Source: Lama guanicoe
Lineage: Eukaryota
Direction of reading: 5' to 3'
DNA length: 64,000 bases
Assembly (NCBI GenBank): GCA_013239625.1
Contig: MU057342.1
Location: 2,604,335 to 2,668,334 of the forward strand
The position numbers were made by a program, and so were the translations under genes. The notes under the pieces were generated by a model that saw only the letters and a list, made by a program, of their open reading frames with translations, had not been told where the DNA came from and did no database searches. Shown here piece by piece: positions 51,600-63,904 of this stretch (position 1 is its first letter; every line of letters starts with the position of its first letter).

Positions 51600-52670
51600 A
51601 GTAGGCCATCAATATGATGCCAGAGGGCTATGACCTCAACTCTGTCCAGTTCCAAAATTCTGTCAGTAACCCCAGTGAGGATATTTGGCATACTGATCAA
51701 ACTGAGAGTTGAGGTGATGCTGGGAAGAAGAGCAATATTGTTGGATGACCTCATAAGGATCAAGCAAGACATACACCAGACCCCTGATGAAACAGAACAG
51801 TGATGAACATTAAGCCCGTGTTTGGGTGAAAATAAACACACGCAAGTCCATTATTGTGGAGACATACCTTTGCAGCCACATGTGTGAAAAAGGAGTTTTG
51901 GTTGACTCGACATGTGGTATGAGTCAACTCTGCACTGGGGTTGCCACAAAGCTAATGTGGTCTGGTGCTGCCCTGATGGAAACTGAGCTTCTAACTGTGG
52001 CTCGTGTGAGGCTTGCTGTAGTTCATGTGAAGCACACCACACCAGGAGTTCTGTGCTTAGCTCCTGATTTTAATCTAAGAGAAACAGAGACCAACCAAGG
52101 TTCAGTTGGAGACAAGTGACCATTATGGTGAAGGAACTGGAGATACCTAGAAGGGGGTGGAGATGTTTTGCCTGGCAAAAAGAAGGCTTACGTGAAACAT
52201 GAGAGCTGTCTTTAATGATATAATAAACTGTCTTGAGAAAGAAGGCTTCCATTTGTTCTGTGCATCACCTGTGGCTGCACCCTGACCAATGGTTGGAATT
52301 ATAGAAGGACAGGTTTTAATGCAACAGAAAGAAAACTTTCCAAAGGAATGGTCCCTAGATGGGAAAAAATGTTTAGGGAAGCATTCAAACAGAAGTCAGA
52401 AGATGATAAAGATGTCGTCGAGGGAAACAGAAAGGTCAGGTGGCTTGTTGGATCAGACCACTGGTTCTCAAACTGTGTTCCTCAGAGGTGTTTCAGGAAA
52501 AGTAGACAGAAGCAGCTGAGAGCATGAGGTCTCCCACACCCCATTTTAAGCAGAGTAGCTCCCCTGACCTGTTCACATAATGGGCTTCTGATGTGAAGGA
52601 AAGGTCATATTAAGCCCCAGGACTGGATGATCTCAAAGGTCCGTGTTCAACTCTGAAGTTTTGGGAATTA
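51600..52670 (+). mobile_element. L3/CR1 LINE fragment with an internal hAT-like insert (about 52455-52620)
   Basis: ttggatgacctcataaggatcaag...gtatgagtcaactctgcactggggttgccacaaagctaatg...gcctggcaaaaagaaggctta...gactggatgatctcaaaggtcc; insert starts cactggttctcaaactgtgttcc. Confidence 0.75.
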
Positions 52671-52759
52671 GTGATTTTTGAGATACGACTTTTCCTAAGA
52701 CTAGAGTGTGGGGGGTATGGGTGAGTTCTGCAGCCAGAATCATGAGGTTCAAATCCCAG

Positions 52760-53440
52760 GGCATTCATTTTCTTATTGCTGTGTAACAAATGAACACAAA
52801 CTCAGTGTTTCAAACAACTTGAACTTATCAAATCAAAGTCTCTGCAGGACAGAAGTCCAGGCAGGGCTTAACTTGGGTCCTCTGCTCAGGGCCTCACAAG
52901 ACTGAAACCGAGGTATTAGCCGGACTGTGTTCCTTTCTTGAGCTCAGGGTCTTCTTCCAAACGGCCAGAACTCATTTCCCTTAGGTGGATGGCTGAGCTC
53001 CTCACTCCCTTTGTAGCTGCTGGCGGGGGACCACTCTCAGCTCCTGAGGCCACTCTCTGGTTCTTGCCATGTGGCTCCCTCCATAGGCTTTTACAGCATG
53101 GCTGTGTGCTTCTTCGAGGTCATCAGAAGACTTTCTTGCTTTAATTCTCTCTCTCCAGGAAAAGCGCTCACCCTCTTATAAAGGTCTTGCCTGATTAAGT
53201 CAGACCCACCCAGCAACATCTCCCTCTTGATTAATTCAAGATCAACTCACAAAAGACCTTATTTATGTCTTCAAAGATCCCTTCCTCCTAGGTATATAAT
53301 GTAACCTGTTCAAGACAGTAAAGTGCCATCACCTTTACAAATGCCATCCACACTGAAGGGAGAGGATTCTCCAGGGTATGTGTGCTAGGCAGGGGTGGGA
53401 CAGGAATCTTGGGGGCCACCACAGAATTCTGCCAATCCCA
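52760..53440 (-). mobile_element. MLT1E-type MaLR LTR inserted in a MIR
   Basis: ttttcttattgctgtgtaacaaatgaacacaaactcagtg...gggtcctctgctcagggcctcacaagactg...gattaagtcagacccacccag...ggaatcttgggggccaccacagaattctgcc; MIR halves at about 52700-52758 and 53440-53600. Confidence 0.85.
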
Positions 53441-55229
53441 GGTGGCTTTTCCACACGTGGCTTCCGACCTTGGAAGAGGGGCTCCATCTCTCTGTGACGC
53501 AGTTACTTCATCTAGAAAGTGGGGACAATGACGCCTCAAGGGGTTGCTTGGAGGATTAAAGGAGTTCATACGTGAGGCACTGAGAACAGTAACATGGCTG
53601 CAGGTTCACCCAGGGTAAGTTACAACGTACTGTTGTGCAGGAATCCATGGTATCCTTAGGGATGGTCAGGCATCCTGTGGTCAGTGTGCTCTCAGGCAGG
53701 AGCTGCTAAAGTGGGTCAGAGCCGCAGCTTCATGGAGAGGTGGCTTCTGTTTTCTCTCCTGCGGGCCAGCTCTCCCCTTTGCTGCCATGTTCACTCTTTG
53801 GCTTTCATTTCCTCTGCCACTTTGGCTGTCCACCACCTGCTGTTATTCTTCCTCTTCTCTGTGTGTGTGGGTTTTTTTCTTCTTTCTCTGTTGCTTCTCT
53901 CATTATTCTCATTTTTTACACTGACAAAATTTGGTATTAATAGTCCAGCAAATAAGACTATGTCTTTCCTTCAAATCAGCTAACATTCTGTCATGTGATC
54001 CTTTTTGTTAGTATTCACTACTCATCGGTTCTTTAAAAAAAATTTTTTTTGTTTGCCATTGTTTCTGATTCCTGAAGTTATTACATTTTGACCTATTTTC
54101 CTGTTAGGTTAAATTTTCTCCTTTACTAAACAGATAAATCAGAAAATAATGTTTCACCTTTCAAAACAATTGAGCATCAGAATTTCCTTTTAATAGAAAA
54201 AGCCCCCAGTATGGTTAAAATATGATTCATTTGATAACAATTCATTTTCAAAAATAAGTTTCAGGAACTCTTCTATTACGCTAAGGGAATCAGCCCTGGT
54301 TGGCAACTAGCTTGCCAATTAAAACTATAATGAGAGGCTAGCAAAGGGGAAAGGCAGAGCAACTCCAGTCTGCCAAAGTCAACGCAAACAGCCAACACAA
54401 ATGCGGCCGTCAGCAGCATTTCAAAACACAGAACATTGCAGCCCTGTGCCCAGCACCTAGTAGGTACTGAGTGGAAATTTCTTGCTTTGAATTGAGGCGA
54501 TGTCTCAGTTGCAAGCTGTTAAACCAAGCTGAGGAGCTGTCTCAGGAACAGACTAACGTGGATCTACTTAATAAGCGTCCTTCCTTCTCCCTGATATCTA
54601 ATTCCAACGCGAAATAGAGTTTTCAAAACAAACAGAAGAACCAGTAGTAGTAAACACAGTTCAGCACAGACGGCCTGTATGGACAAATGAGCTGACACGC
54701 ATTATCAGCTACATCTTCAGTGTTCGCCGAAAACCAGCTGAGGTCATAGCTCCCATTCTAGCCTGTTCTATCATGCCGCTGGGAGTCAGCACGACTGTCT
54801 CTGGGCTGCTTATGTAGGAAGCCAGGAGTGAGTCTGGAGCCTCCCTACCACCCCAGCCACCCCAGTGCCGGCAGCAGAAGCTGTCGGCTGGCACCCCTCT
54901 GATATTTAACACACGGGCAGCACACAGGATGTGTCCCAGGAGCTGATGCCCAGGGCGCAGCGCTGGCCCCAAGGCCATCTGCACCTCAGGGAGGAAAGAA
55001 CAAAACACTCCACGGATAAATATCTCTTAGAGGCAATGGCTAGACAGGGCTCCGAGGAGTTGCCCCTTACGTGGAACCATCGTTTTTCATGCCATTGACA
55101 AAAGGCCAAAGAGCTATCGTGTAGGGAGAGAAAAGGGTGAGGACCCTGTAAAAGTGTAGACCCATTCTCAGATCACAAAGGTGTTTAAACACATGACTTC
55201 ACGTGATTCTCGTAGCTACGGGAGACCCT

Positions 55230-55735
55230 ACCGATATGAGCATAACTTGGTAAAACCACGGCAGAGAGAAATTTGCTCAGCATCACCAAAATTACAAATA
55301 CACATTTTCTTTGATGTAGTAATCCCATTCCTAGGGATTTATCCTACAGATATGCCTGCACATGTGGGAACTGATGCAACAACCTAGAAGTCCATAAATG
55401 GGGGGTACTTAAGTAAAAATTGTTCTGTATAATAGATATATTTTGTTATGTGAGAAAAGCAAGGTGGAGAATAGCGAATAGTATGCTACCACTTTCACAA
55501 GAGAGAAAGATGCATGTGCGTGCACACACACACACACACACAGTGATAGGTTATACATGCAAAGAATATCCTTGTAAGAGCACACAAGAAAATACAGGAA
55601 CACTGGTGTCTTCTGGGAAGAGAAACTGGGGCTGGGGACAGCAGTGTGGAAGGGAGACTTTCACTATTTACCTATTCATGAGTTTTGTACCATCTGAATA
55701 TATTGCTTATTCAAAATACACAATTTTTTAAAGCA
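55230..55735 (+). mobile_element. Old L1 3' fragment containing a (CA)n repeat
   Basis: tttgatgtagtaatcccattcctagggatttatcctacagatat...gggagactttcactatttacct; CA run about 55523-55542. Confidence 0.7.
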
Positions 55736-56289
55736 TCAAAATTTAGGTATTGCATTAGACAATGTGTGTCTAAGGGTGTCATAAATGATAAGCCCCATGT
55801 ATGCCTCAGTGACTGCTCTGTTTCTTATCCTCCACTTTTATTGAATGAAGACATTGAGGCTGAGGAAGGTAAGAGACTTGCCTTTGATCACATAACTGAC
55901 AATGACAGGTGTTTTCATGAAAACATGTTTGCAAGTTTATTGCTGAATGTCTGTCTTCTCTGCTAAGCTATTAGCAACAGAGTATAGGAACCACATCTAC
56001 ACCCAGCACCAAGTAGACTGTCTTGTACTCAGTATTTGTTCAATCAATTAATGAAGAAACAAATGAACGGAGTCTTACATCCTGAATGGCAGGAGTAATG
56101 ACAAGGTTTCCAGGGTACTGAAAACATACTGAAGTTCATCCAGTGGCACATGTTAGTTCAGTCCCAAGTGTAAATAGGCCCCCACGCTCTACTCAACGGT
56201 GCCCCATTCATCACTGATCGAGTGGGTCTGCTCTGCTGGTGATTCCTCCGCTCACGTCTTTGAGCGCTGGTGCTCTTGCGGATCTGCCG

Positions 56290-57245
56290 TAGACCTGACT
56301 TGATCTTCCCATCCTTTCCCCTCCCTTCCCTTCTCTTCTTTCTCACACACTCTTTGGTTAACTCACTCACTGCCATGGATTTAATTACCGCCTATACATC
56401 ATTTTTACCTCCAACCCACCCTCTTGAATTCCAGCCCACATGACCCACAGACTAATGAGAAACTCCATCTCTATGTTCTTCAGACTCCTCAAACCAACAA
56501 CCCCAAACCCAACCCCTTAACTTCCCCAGCCCTCTAAAACACCTCTCCTCCTTCTGTATCTTTAATCATAAAGAACTCCTCCCTCACCTTCATGGTCCAA
56601 TGGCTTCTATCTCCTAACTGCAATCATACCTTCCTTCTCCTTCCCATCTTAGCTTCCATGTTCTCAGCTGAGAACTTCTTTATGTTAACAACAGCCTCCT
56701 AATAGGGTCCCTGCTTCCTTCCTTACCCCTCAGCCCAATTCAGGATCTCCAAGGCTACCAGAAGCACTTTCTAAAACAGGAACTGGACCTTTCTAAAACA
56801 GGAACAGAACATTCTCCCTCTATTCAAACGCTTTATATTGGCCCATGCTGCCCATTAAAGTTGGAACCCCTAGACTGGTTTACACAGCCCTTTGCCCCTT
56901 CCAGACTCAACTCCCTCCATTCCCCCGTGAACCACACACCGGTCACACAACCACATCCCACTCCTGCCTCTCCCAGAAATGCCTTTCCTCCCATTCCTGG
57001 TGGGGAATTTGAGTCCAACGACCCACCTTGCGCTCACTGGGAGCAACTTTCCCTGTAACCTCAGGTTTCCCCTCCAGCCTCTCCACTTGAAGAGCTATGT
57101 ACATGCCGCCCTTAGAGCACTTCTGATATGGCCGTACAGTTATTTGTTTATGTGATGGTTTCTCTCTCATGAAGATGGGAGCCTTAGCCTGTATCCCTGA
57201 CACATGGAACAAATTAGGGTCTCAATAAATGTTTGTGGAACAAAT
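56290..57245 (+). mobile_element. L2 fragment, about 1 kb
   Basis: ctcactcactgccatggatttaattacc...aacagcctcctaatagggtccctgcttcc...cccagaaatgcctttcctccc...cctgacacatggaacaaattagggtctcaataaatgtttgtggaacaaatg. Confidence 0.85.
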
Positions 57246-58156
57246 GCATCTAGATGTCTAAACAACTAAATTACAAAGAGACTTTGTGTACATGAACTGT
57301 TAATATCTTAGGTGTTACCTAAATGAAGGGTTTTCTTTCAGTCTGGCATTTTTGTGGTATCTCTACACCCCATTACCAAGGACAGTTGACGTATGAGGGA
57401 AGATAAGGAAAGTGTGCTATTTTTAGGGGGCTGGGGCATAATTCCAATCGCCACAAGCATTTCAGCAGCTTTATTCTTCAGTTGCCCTTTTGACTTTGTA
57501 AATAATCACAATCTACAATTTCAGGAATACCATATTAATATTCCATGAAAGAAAATTAATTGATATACTGAATTCCTCAGGCGAGAATGATGCTATTACT
57601 CAAGCTACAAGAACAGGGCAGACGTGGAAGGTCAACTGGAAAGGGAAGGAAGTGGGGCTCTGGGCGAGGAGGGGGTGGGGCCTGACCTCTCTGGGGAACA
57701 GCTCTGGAGGGAGACGGGAGTGGGGGTGCAGGGTGCAGGGGCGGCACGGGGAAGCATGCTCACCCGGGGACCGCCCTTTTGTCAAACAGGTGGCAGACAT
57801 GCAGGTCCAGCTAATCCTCCTAATCACAGAGGATCTGGTCACCAACCAAGTCCGGGAGGGGCAATTTTAACTCCTCATGGGGAAGGGCTGGCAAGCCAGA
57901 AAGGAACCCCTGCCAAACAGGGGATGGTTCATGGCAGGATTTCAGACCTGGAGGGAAGTGGGGTCCTTGACAAAATAGACAAATCATAGAGATTGGGCCA
58001 ACATCTCCAAGCCTGCAGGAAGGCAGCAGACTGAAGGGTATGGGGGTGCAGAGGGGGCTCTCCCAAGATACCACAGATACCTGAACCATAGAAGCAAGAT
58101 GAATTCTCATCTTCCTGGCGATGGAGAGAATCTACTAACGGACTGCCTGACTTGAT

Positions 58157-58377
58157 CAAGTGTTGGCAAATTATGGCTCATGGGCTAATTCTGGCCAGCC
58201 ACCTGTTTTTGTAAATAAAGTTTTACTGGAACACAGCCACATTCATTTGTTCATGTATTGTCTATGCCTGCTTTTGCTCTATGAAGAGTTGAGTAGTTGT
58301 GACAGAGACCATATGGCCCTGCAAGGCTTAAAATATGTACTATCTGGCCCTTTGCAGAAAAAATTTGCCAACTTTTG
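58157..58377 (-). mobile_element. MER58A (hAT-Charlie), full length
   Basis: TIRs caagtgttggcaaat ... atttgccaacttttg; internal cctgtttttgtaaataaagttttactggaacacagccac. Confidence 0.92.
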
Positions 58378-58384
58378 GTCCAGA

Positions 58385-58507
58385 AAGTACCCAGGCTGCA
58401 TCTCAGACCAACTGAAATCAGAATCACTGGTGGCAAGACCCAGGCATGAGTACTTTTTAAAGTTTACAAGGTGATTTCAGTGTGCAGCCAAGGTCGAAAA
58501 CCACTGG
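58385..58507. mobile_element. MER5-family fragment
   Basis: cagaccaactgaaatcagaatcactgg...ggtgatttcagtgtgcagccaaggtcgaaaaccactg. Confidence 0.75.
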
Positions 58508-58589
58508 TCCAGCCTGTCGCAGCAACTCTAAGAAGCAGCTGAATGTGTCACAGAATTAAGAGTCCATGTCAGTTGAATGAGTCACAGGG

Positions 58590-58830
58590 AAGGGTGGTCC
58601 GGCGCTTGAGCTTTGGGGGAAAGAAAGGTCTAATTTGCATACTTTCTCTGCGACTTACCAGCTATCTAACCTAGACAACTCAACCCCTCAGCACCTCTGT
58701 TTTTCCATCTGTAAAATGGGCATAATAACAACACTTACTTCACAGAGTCACTGGGAGGATTAAAGGGAAATGCCTGTAGAGCTTTTAGCATCATTCCTGG
58801 CATATGCATTGATAAAAGGCAGCTAAACTA
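58590..58830 (+). mobile_element. MIR SINE
   Basis: ctctgtttttccatctgtaaaatgggcataataacaacacttacttcacagagtcactgggaggattaaa. Confidence 0.85.
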
Positions 58831-60029
58831 GGGGATGGACAAGAGTTGAGCTGAGAAGCTGACTCCATCCTGGCTTAGAGCAGCTGGAGGAGCTGGAGGA
58901 ATTCTCAGGGTGCCACATGAGGTGTCCAAAGAGAGATGTTCATGTCAGAGGCTGAGCAACGTCTTGAAGATGCTGCTGGGCAAGCCCTGTGCATGTGTTA
59001 TGACTGTGTTGGGGGTGGGGGTGGGGGTGGTCCAGGAGAGCCTGAGAGACGCCCATGGCTAAACTCTGCCCAAATCTCCCCCTGCTCTCGGGGCTCCCTA
59101 TTTTGGGCCCTAGCTCACATTCTGGATGCCAGCCATTTATCTCCCTGCAAGGCTCTGGCAGCTCCTGGTGAGTGCTTGTTAGAGACCCTGATGCCAAACT
59201 CCAAACCTTGCTGCTTGGACTGGGGCTGTGGTGCCTTTATGCGTGCCTGATACCTACCCTGCACACTCCTGCTTCCTGCCCACCTTTGCCCTGACACTGT
59301 GCCAGTCTGGCTTTGCCATCAGTCTGCTGCAGTCTACCAAACTCATATCCAGGGAACACAAAGAGGGCTCTGGTCTGCTATACACAGAGGACTTCTCTTT
59401 AGGGCAGACTATCCGGCCCCTAGAGATGCTCTAACAATATCTGTCCTCAACCATTCAATTAACAAGTAAAGGGTATGCATGCTGCAAAATTCTTGGAGCT
59501 GCTTGCTCAGCGAATGACCTGCATCAGGCAGGGAGGGTGGTTCTTGCATTTCACAGACAGGCCTGGGTCCCGTTTGGAGTTAGTAACCTCTCCCATCTAG
59601 TGTAAAGATGAGTGGCTCCTCAAAGGCATGACCAGAGTTCTTGGGAGCCCCGGCAGGGTTTGGAGACCCATCAAATCAGGAAATGGTAAGCAATGACCTT
59701 CATTAGCTGAGCCAGGGACATGATGTTTGCAATCAGCCATCTCTTCCTGCATATTGGTTTAAGGCTTGGGGTAGAACAGGATCAAGCTGAGTGGCTAGTT
59801 CCAGAAAAGCCTGGCCAACGCTATCCTGAACGTAATACATAAGAAGGAAGGGTGGCTTAGCACCATTCCAGGCCCCTATCCATGGGCCCCTGCCCCCCAA
59901 ACAGGCAGTGCATGTGATGATCAGAAATAACAAGGGGTCAAGTCATGATTAAGGGACAGTCCTTCAACACACATGGAAAATCCTAGAACCAGCCAATGGG
60001 AAAAATCTATTTAAAATGGTAACAATGAT

Positions 60030-60232
60030 ATTAATGGCTTCCATTTATTGGGAGCTTACAAAGTACTTGGTGATTTTTGTATTTACATGCAATTTCTTCT
60101 TTATTATTTACAACCAACTTATGATGACTTGGAGAGTTAAGTGCTAGCACAGCCACCTAGCTTTTAAGTGGCAGGACTGAGATTTGAATTCAGGTTTCTC
60201 TGACTCTAAAGCTCCCACTCTCTAATTACTCT
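60030..60232 (-). mobile_element. MIR SINE
   Basis: catttattgggagcttac...aagtggcaggactgagatttgaattcaggtttctctgactctaaagc. Confidence 0.75.
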
Positions 60233-60610
60233 ATAATTAATAACTTATACAGCTTCCCCGGAAAAAGCTAGTTGTGCTTTGCTGTGGCATAATCTTGTTC
60301 CACCAAACAGTGTTGGACTGAGCCATGCCCCAGGGGAGAGCCTCCAGCCCCTCTGAGAAAGGGGCTGCACCTCTCTGCTCTGGAAGGTTCTACCTCATGC
60401 CTGGGACTTACCTCTGGCATGTGTACCTTTCCTCTAGGGTCTCAGAGTCCCTCCAGAAACTGCTTGTGGATTCCTGTTCCAGACTCTCTTTACACTTTCT
60501 CACTTGGCTGCTCCTTGGAGAGCTCTTAGAGACTTGCATCTGATCTTCCTGTATCAAGAATCTATTCTTGGCTCCATCCCTGGGTCACAAATGGTCAACG
60601 ATTTACTCAC

Positions 60611-60668
60611 CTAAGAAGCAACCAGCTCCTCTCCCCAAACAGTTCTGATAAAACATTGTATCTTTCAT
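60611..60668 (-). other. Candidate 58-nt exon (not frame-preserving)
   Basis: Minus strand atcttttgttcttcttag|ATGAAAGATAC...GCTTCTTAG|gtgagtaa, canonical sites on both ends. Confidence 0.25.
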
Positions 60669-60784
60669 CTAAGAAGAACAAAAGATCTAATTCTTTCACC
60701 AGCAGAGCACAACACTGTGGCCTGCTGAGCTTACACCAGGATGTATCTCGCCCACCTCCTGGACCTCTAGCCTTGCCCCCAGCT

Positions 60785-60995
60785 GGTTAAAGGCACTGAC
60801 TGGGGAAGCAGACCGCCTGGGCTCAGTCTTGGCCTGAATGGCCCTGGGTGAGCTATCAACTTCACTTTCCTCATCTGCAAACTGGAAATAACAACAACAC
60901 CTCTTTTAAGGCGCTGTGGTGAGGACTGAGATGATATATTACATATAAGTACTTAGCTCAGTGCTGGTGCAAGATAAATACTAACTGTTATTACC
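60785..60995 (+). mobile_element. MIR SINE
   Basis: cagaccgcctgggctcag...ctttcctcatctgcaaactggaaataacaac...gtggtgaggactgagatgatat. Confidence 0.75.
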
Positions 60996-61219
60996 AGTTG
61001 TGGTTATATCGCTGTTTCTCCTCTGGTTGTTATTATATATTCACTTAATCAAAATTAACTGCCCTACTTTCAAAACCGCGCAGAAAATCACGTGTTACTC
61101 TTCAAGGACTGGAGTCTTGCACATGAAGAAACACCCAGGTTCAAAAATTGACTGTTCTGTCCACTTGCCCCCAAATACAGTGCATTACTCTTAATGTCAT
61201 TTGACATTTTCTTTAAGAC

Positions 61220-61560
61220 TTGACCATATATTCTCTAACTTAATCCCCACATCAACTTGTAAAATCTACTTTGCAGATAAGGAAACTGAGTTTCAGAGGT
61301 GTCAAATAATAATAATGATAATATGATGATGATGATTAGTAACATTTATTTTGTGCTTCCTATGTATTAAAGACGAGTTTAAGAAGCTTCTTCAATTTGC
61401 AAAACCACACTATGAAATAGATGTTACTGTTACGCCCATTTTACAGACAGGGAAACTGAGATGCAGAGCGATTAAGTAACCCTCTAAGGTGATAGGGTTC
61501 ACAGAGATAATGGGAACTGGATAATTCCAATCCCCTGGTGTGGTGCCTGAGTTCCACAGC
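61220..61560 (-). mobile_element. Two MIR fragments
   Basis: ttgcagataaggaaactgagtttcagagg; cccattttacagacagggaaactgagatgcagagcgattaagtaac. Confidence 0.8.
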
Positions 61561-61637
61561 TAGCTTTGGCAGAGGACAGAGAGAGACAAGACCCACGGAT
61601 GGGCCTCTGCTATGGGTTCTGTCCCTACCCTATAGCT

Positions 61638-61662
61638 CACACACACACACACACACACACAC
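61638..61662. repeat. (CA)n microsatellite
   Basis: cacacacacacacacacacacacac. Confidence 0.95.
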
Positions 61663-62599
61663 CCCACCCTTCACAGTGGATGACCTAACTCTCCTTCTCA
61701 CTATACAACTCTGTGATTATTACTTAATCTATAGAGACCATCCTCTGCCAGTTTTGGAGAGGCCAGAGTTTTCTCAAGGGACAGAGAATGAAGTTGAATA
61801 TTTTCCCAGCCACATTAGAAATGATGTCTCTGTTTTAGCACAACATAAAAACGTGTTTTGTTTTGTCGTTTAACAGCCTTTCTTTGATCTGCACGTTGGC
61901 TGCAGACTGGCTGTATGCACTGTCCTTCCCTCGCGGGCCGAGTCTGGGCCTGAGCAAAGCTAGATCACAGTCCTTATAAATCATCACCTTCCATCCATGC
62001 TCATCTTACTAGTGTCACAGCTCTGTCACTGCCTTGATTAGTGCAGGAAAAAGGGAGTCACGATTAAGTGAGATAAATCTGTGCTGCCGGGGACACACCA
62101 GATGAGTCGGTAAACTGCCCAGTTGTCGGTCACTTGGAGAGCAGATTCCAGCTGCCCCGGGGCCTGGGAAACACAAAGCTCAGAGAGGCTGCGGAGCAGC
62201 TGCTCCTCTCTTATAAAGCTTTCAGTAACTGTGGAGAGGAAAAAGCCAGATATGTTGCCCAGACCAAGTGGAGCTTGTACCATGTGAGGTTCACGTTTTG
62301 ACAAAAGCATGGAAAGGAGACTGTCTCATGCTCTGGATTATCTTTTTTGCCAGTCAATGAGCAAGAACTTGGCCAGACTGCCCAACGGGACATTCACCGT
62401 CAATCTTATTCTAACTTGTCTTTGTGATGCTTTGTGGAATGTTCACATGCACTGTTCAAATGACAAAAGCTTTAAAAAGAATTATTCGCTTGGCTCACCA
62501 TTACCTACTTTCTGCCAATGCAGAAATGTCATGGTGCAAGTAGGCCACAAGTGAAACACAGAGCGACGCACGTTTCTGGGAACTGGTACCTAAGGATGT

Positions 62600-63087
62600 G
62601 GTACCATCTCAAAGGATGGTCTGGGGAATCCTGGGAGTCCTTCACACCTGGGATCTGAGAGGTCAAAACTATTTTCATAAGAACACTAAGACCTTATTTG
62701 ACTTGTTCACTCCCATTCTCTCTCAAGGACAGAGTTTTCCAGAAGATACATGACATGGGATATGGCATCAGATTGGATGCAAGAACAAATAAGAGAATCT
62801 AACCATCTTCCTTTAAGCCAGACACCACAGAGATTTGTAGCAAAATAAAACAATGACATTATTCTAATTATTTTTGGAAAACATAGTTTTTTTTAATAAA
62901 AATAATTTATGTTAACATACATCTGGCATATTGTTTGAAATGAACTGATAAATTATTTTTTGCATTTCTCAGTTTTAATTTCTCATATGGTGAGTATTGA
63001 TTGATATAACCCACAGAAAAGTATTTGAGGTCCTCAATTTTGCAAAGAATGACAAGATTCTGAGCCTCAAAAGCTTAAGAATCACTG
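62600..63087 (+). mobile_element. Charlie4a-like hAT DNA transposon
   Basis: gaggtcaaaactattttcataagaacactaagac...gagttttccagaagatacatgacatg...ctttaagccagacac...gatataacccaca...aaaagcttaagaatcactg. Confidence 0.8.
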
Positions 63088-63892
63088 ACCTAGAAGCATC
63101 TGACAACTTTATTTTCCCCTCGGGGGAAGCAGTCCTTCCTTCTTGGCTCAGCAGCCAAGCATCCACCTGTTTCAGACTCACCACCATCTTGGTCTTGGGT
63201 GCAGGCTGTCCCCTCTGCAGACCCATTACCTGCCTTGCCCTAAATCCTTACCGCTGAATTGTCTTTGTTTTGCCCATGACATGGGTCCAGGAGGGTCACA
63301 GTTGTTCATCCTCCCTGGCAAGGCAGAGAGTGGCTTTCCTCGGCCTGCCAGCTCTCAATCAGGCAGGATTCACATGCATAAGAGGACTGCCACTTCTGCC
63401 TGGACTGTCACTCCACAAACGCCAGCGATGGGGTTAGGTAGACACATGCCCATCTACAGGTTGAAGGTGGGAGGGAGCTGCTCACAGACCCCTGGGGGAT
63501 AAGGACCCTGAATGTGGACAGCAGAGACTGGGAGGGAGCCCCGTGCCTGTGGTGAGGGGCAACAGTACTGGACAGATCAAGGGTCCCCTCCATACGTGAA
63601 AACATTATGACTGACACAAAAGCCACAGGCAGGGCTACTTTCTCTGCAGGTTCCAGGGACCTCAGAAGCCTTGTCTCTATCTCTCTCCTGAAAATCACAT
63701 TAAAATATTCATTTCAATCGAATCCACCTAAAACCAATGATCACTGACACTGTGTAAAATCCGGTGCGAAGAAGTGCAAAGATTGGTAAGAAATGCTCCC
63801 TCCTGGCCCTCCAAGAGCAGGACAAGCCTTTTGTGGAGCCTCACATTAGCAGCCAAATGATCAGACTTGAGTTTTTAACTCACGTCTCTTAC

Positions 63893-63904
63893 CTTGCCTG
63901 TTTT
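63893..63904 (-). CDS. Candidate 12-nt microexon (AAAACAGGCAAG) of an unidentified minus-strand host gene
   Basis: gactttgctttttctccttgcgtgctttcattccttctag|AAAACAGGCAAG|gtaagagac|gtgagt; strong acceptor and donor, UGC motifs, length divisible by 3, no stop in any phase. Confidence 0.45.

Noticed and set aside
3591-56805. Small direct duplications (3591-3629, 25249-25278, 48801-48827, 56767-56805)
   Set aside because: Isolated 13-17-bp slippage duplications, two copies each; ordinary.
62099-62163. Minus-strand exon-like segment (APGQLESALQVTDNWAVYRLIW)
   Set aside because: Short pyrimidine tract, weak GTGTGT donor, 65 nt; no other support.
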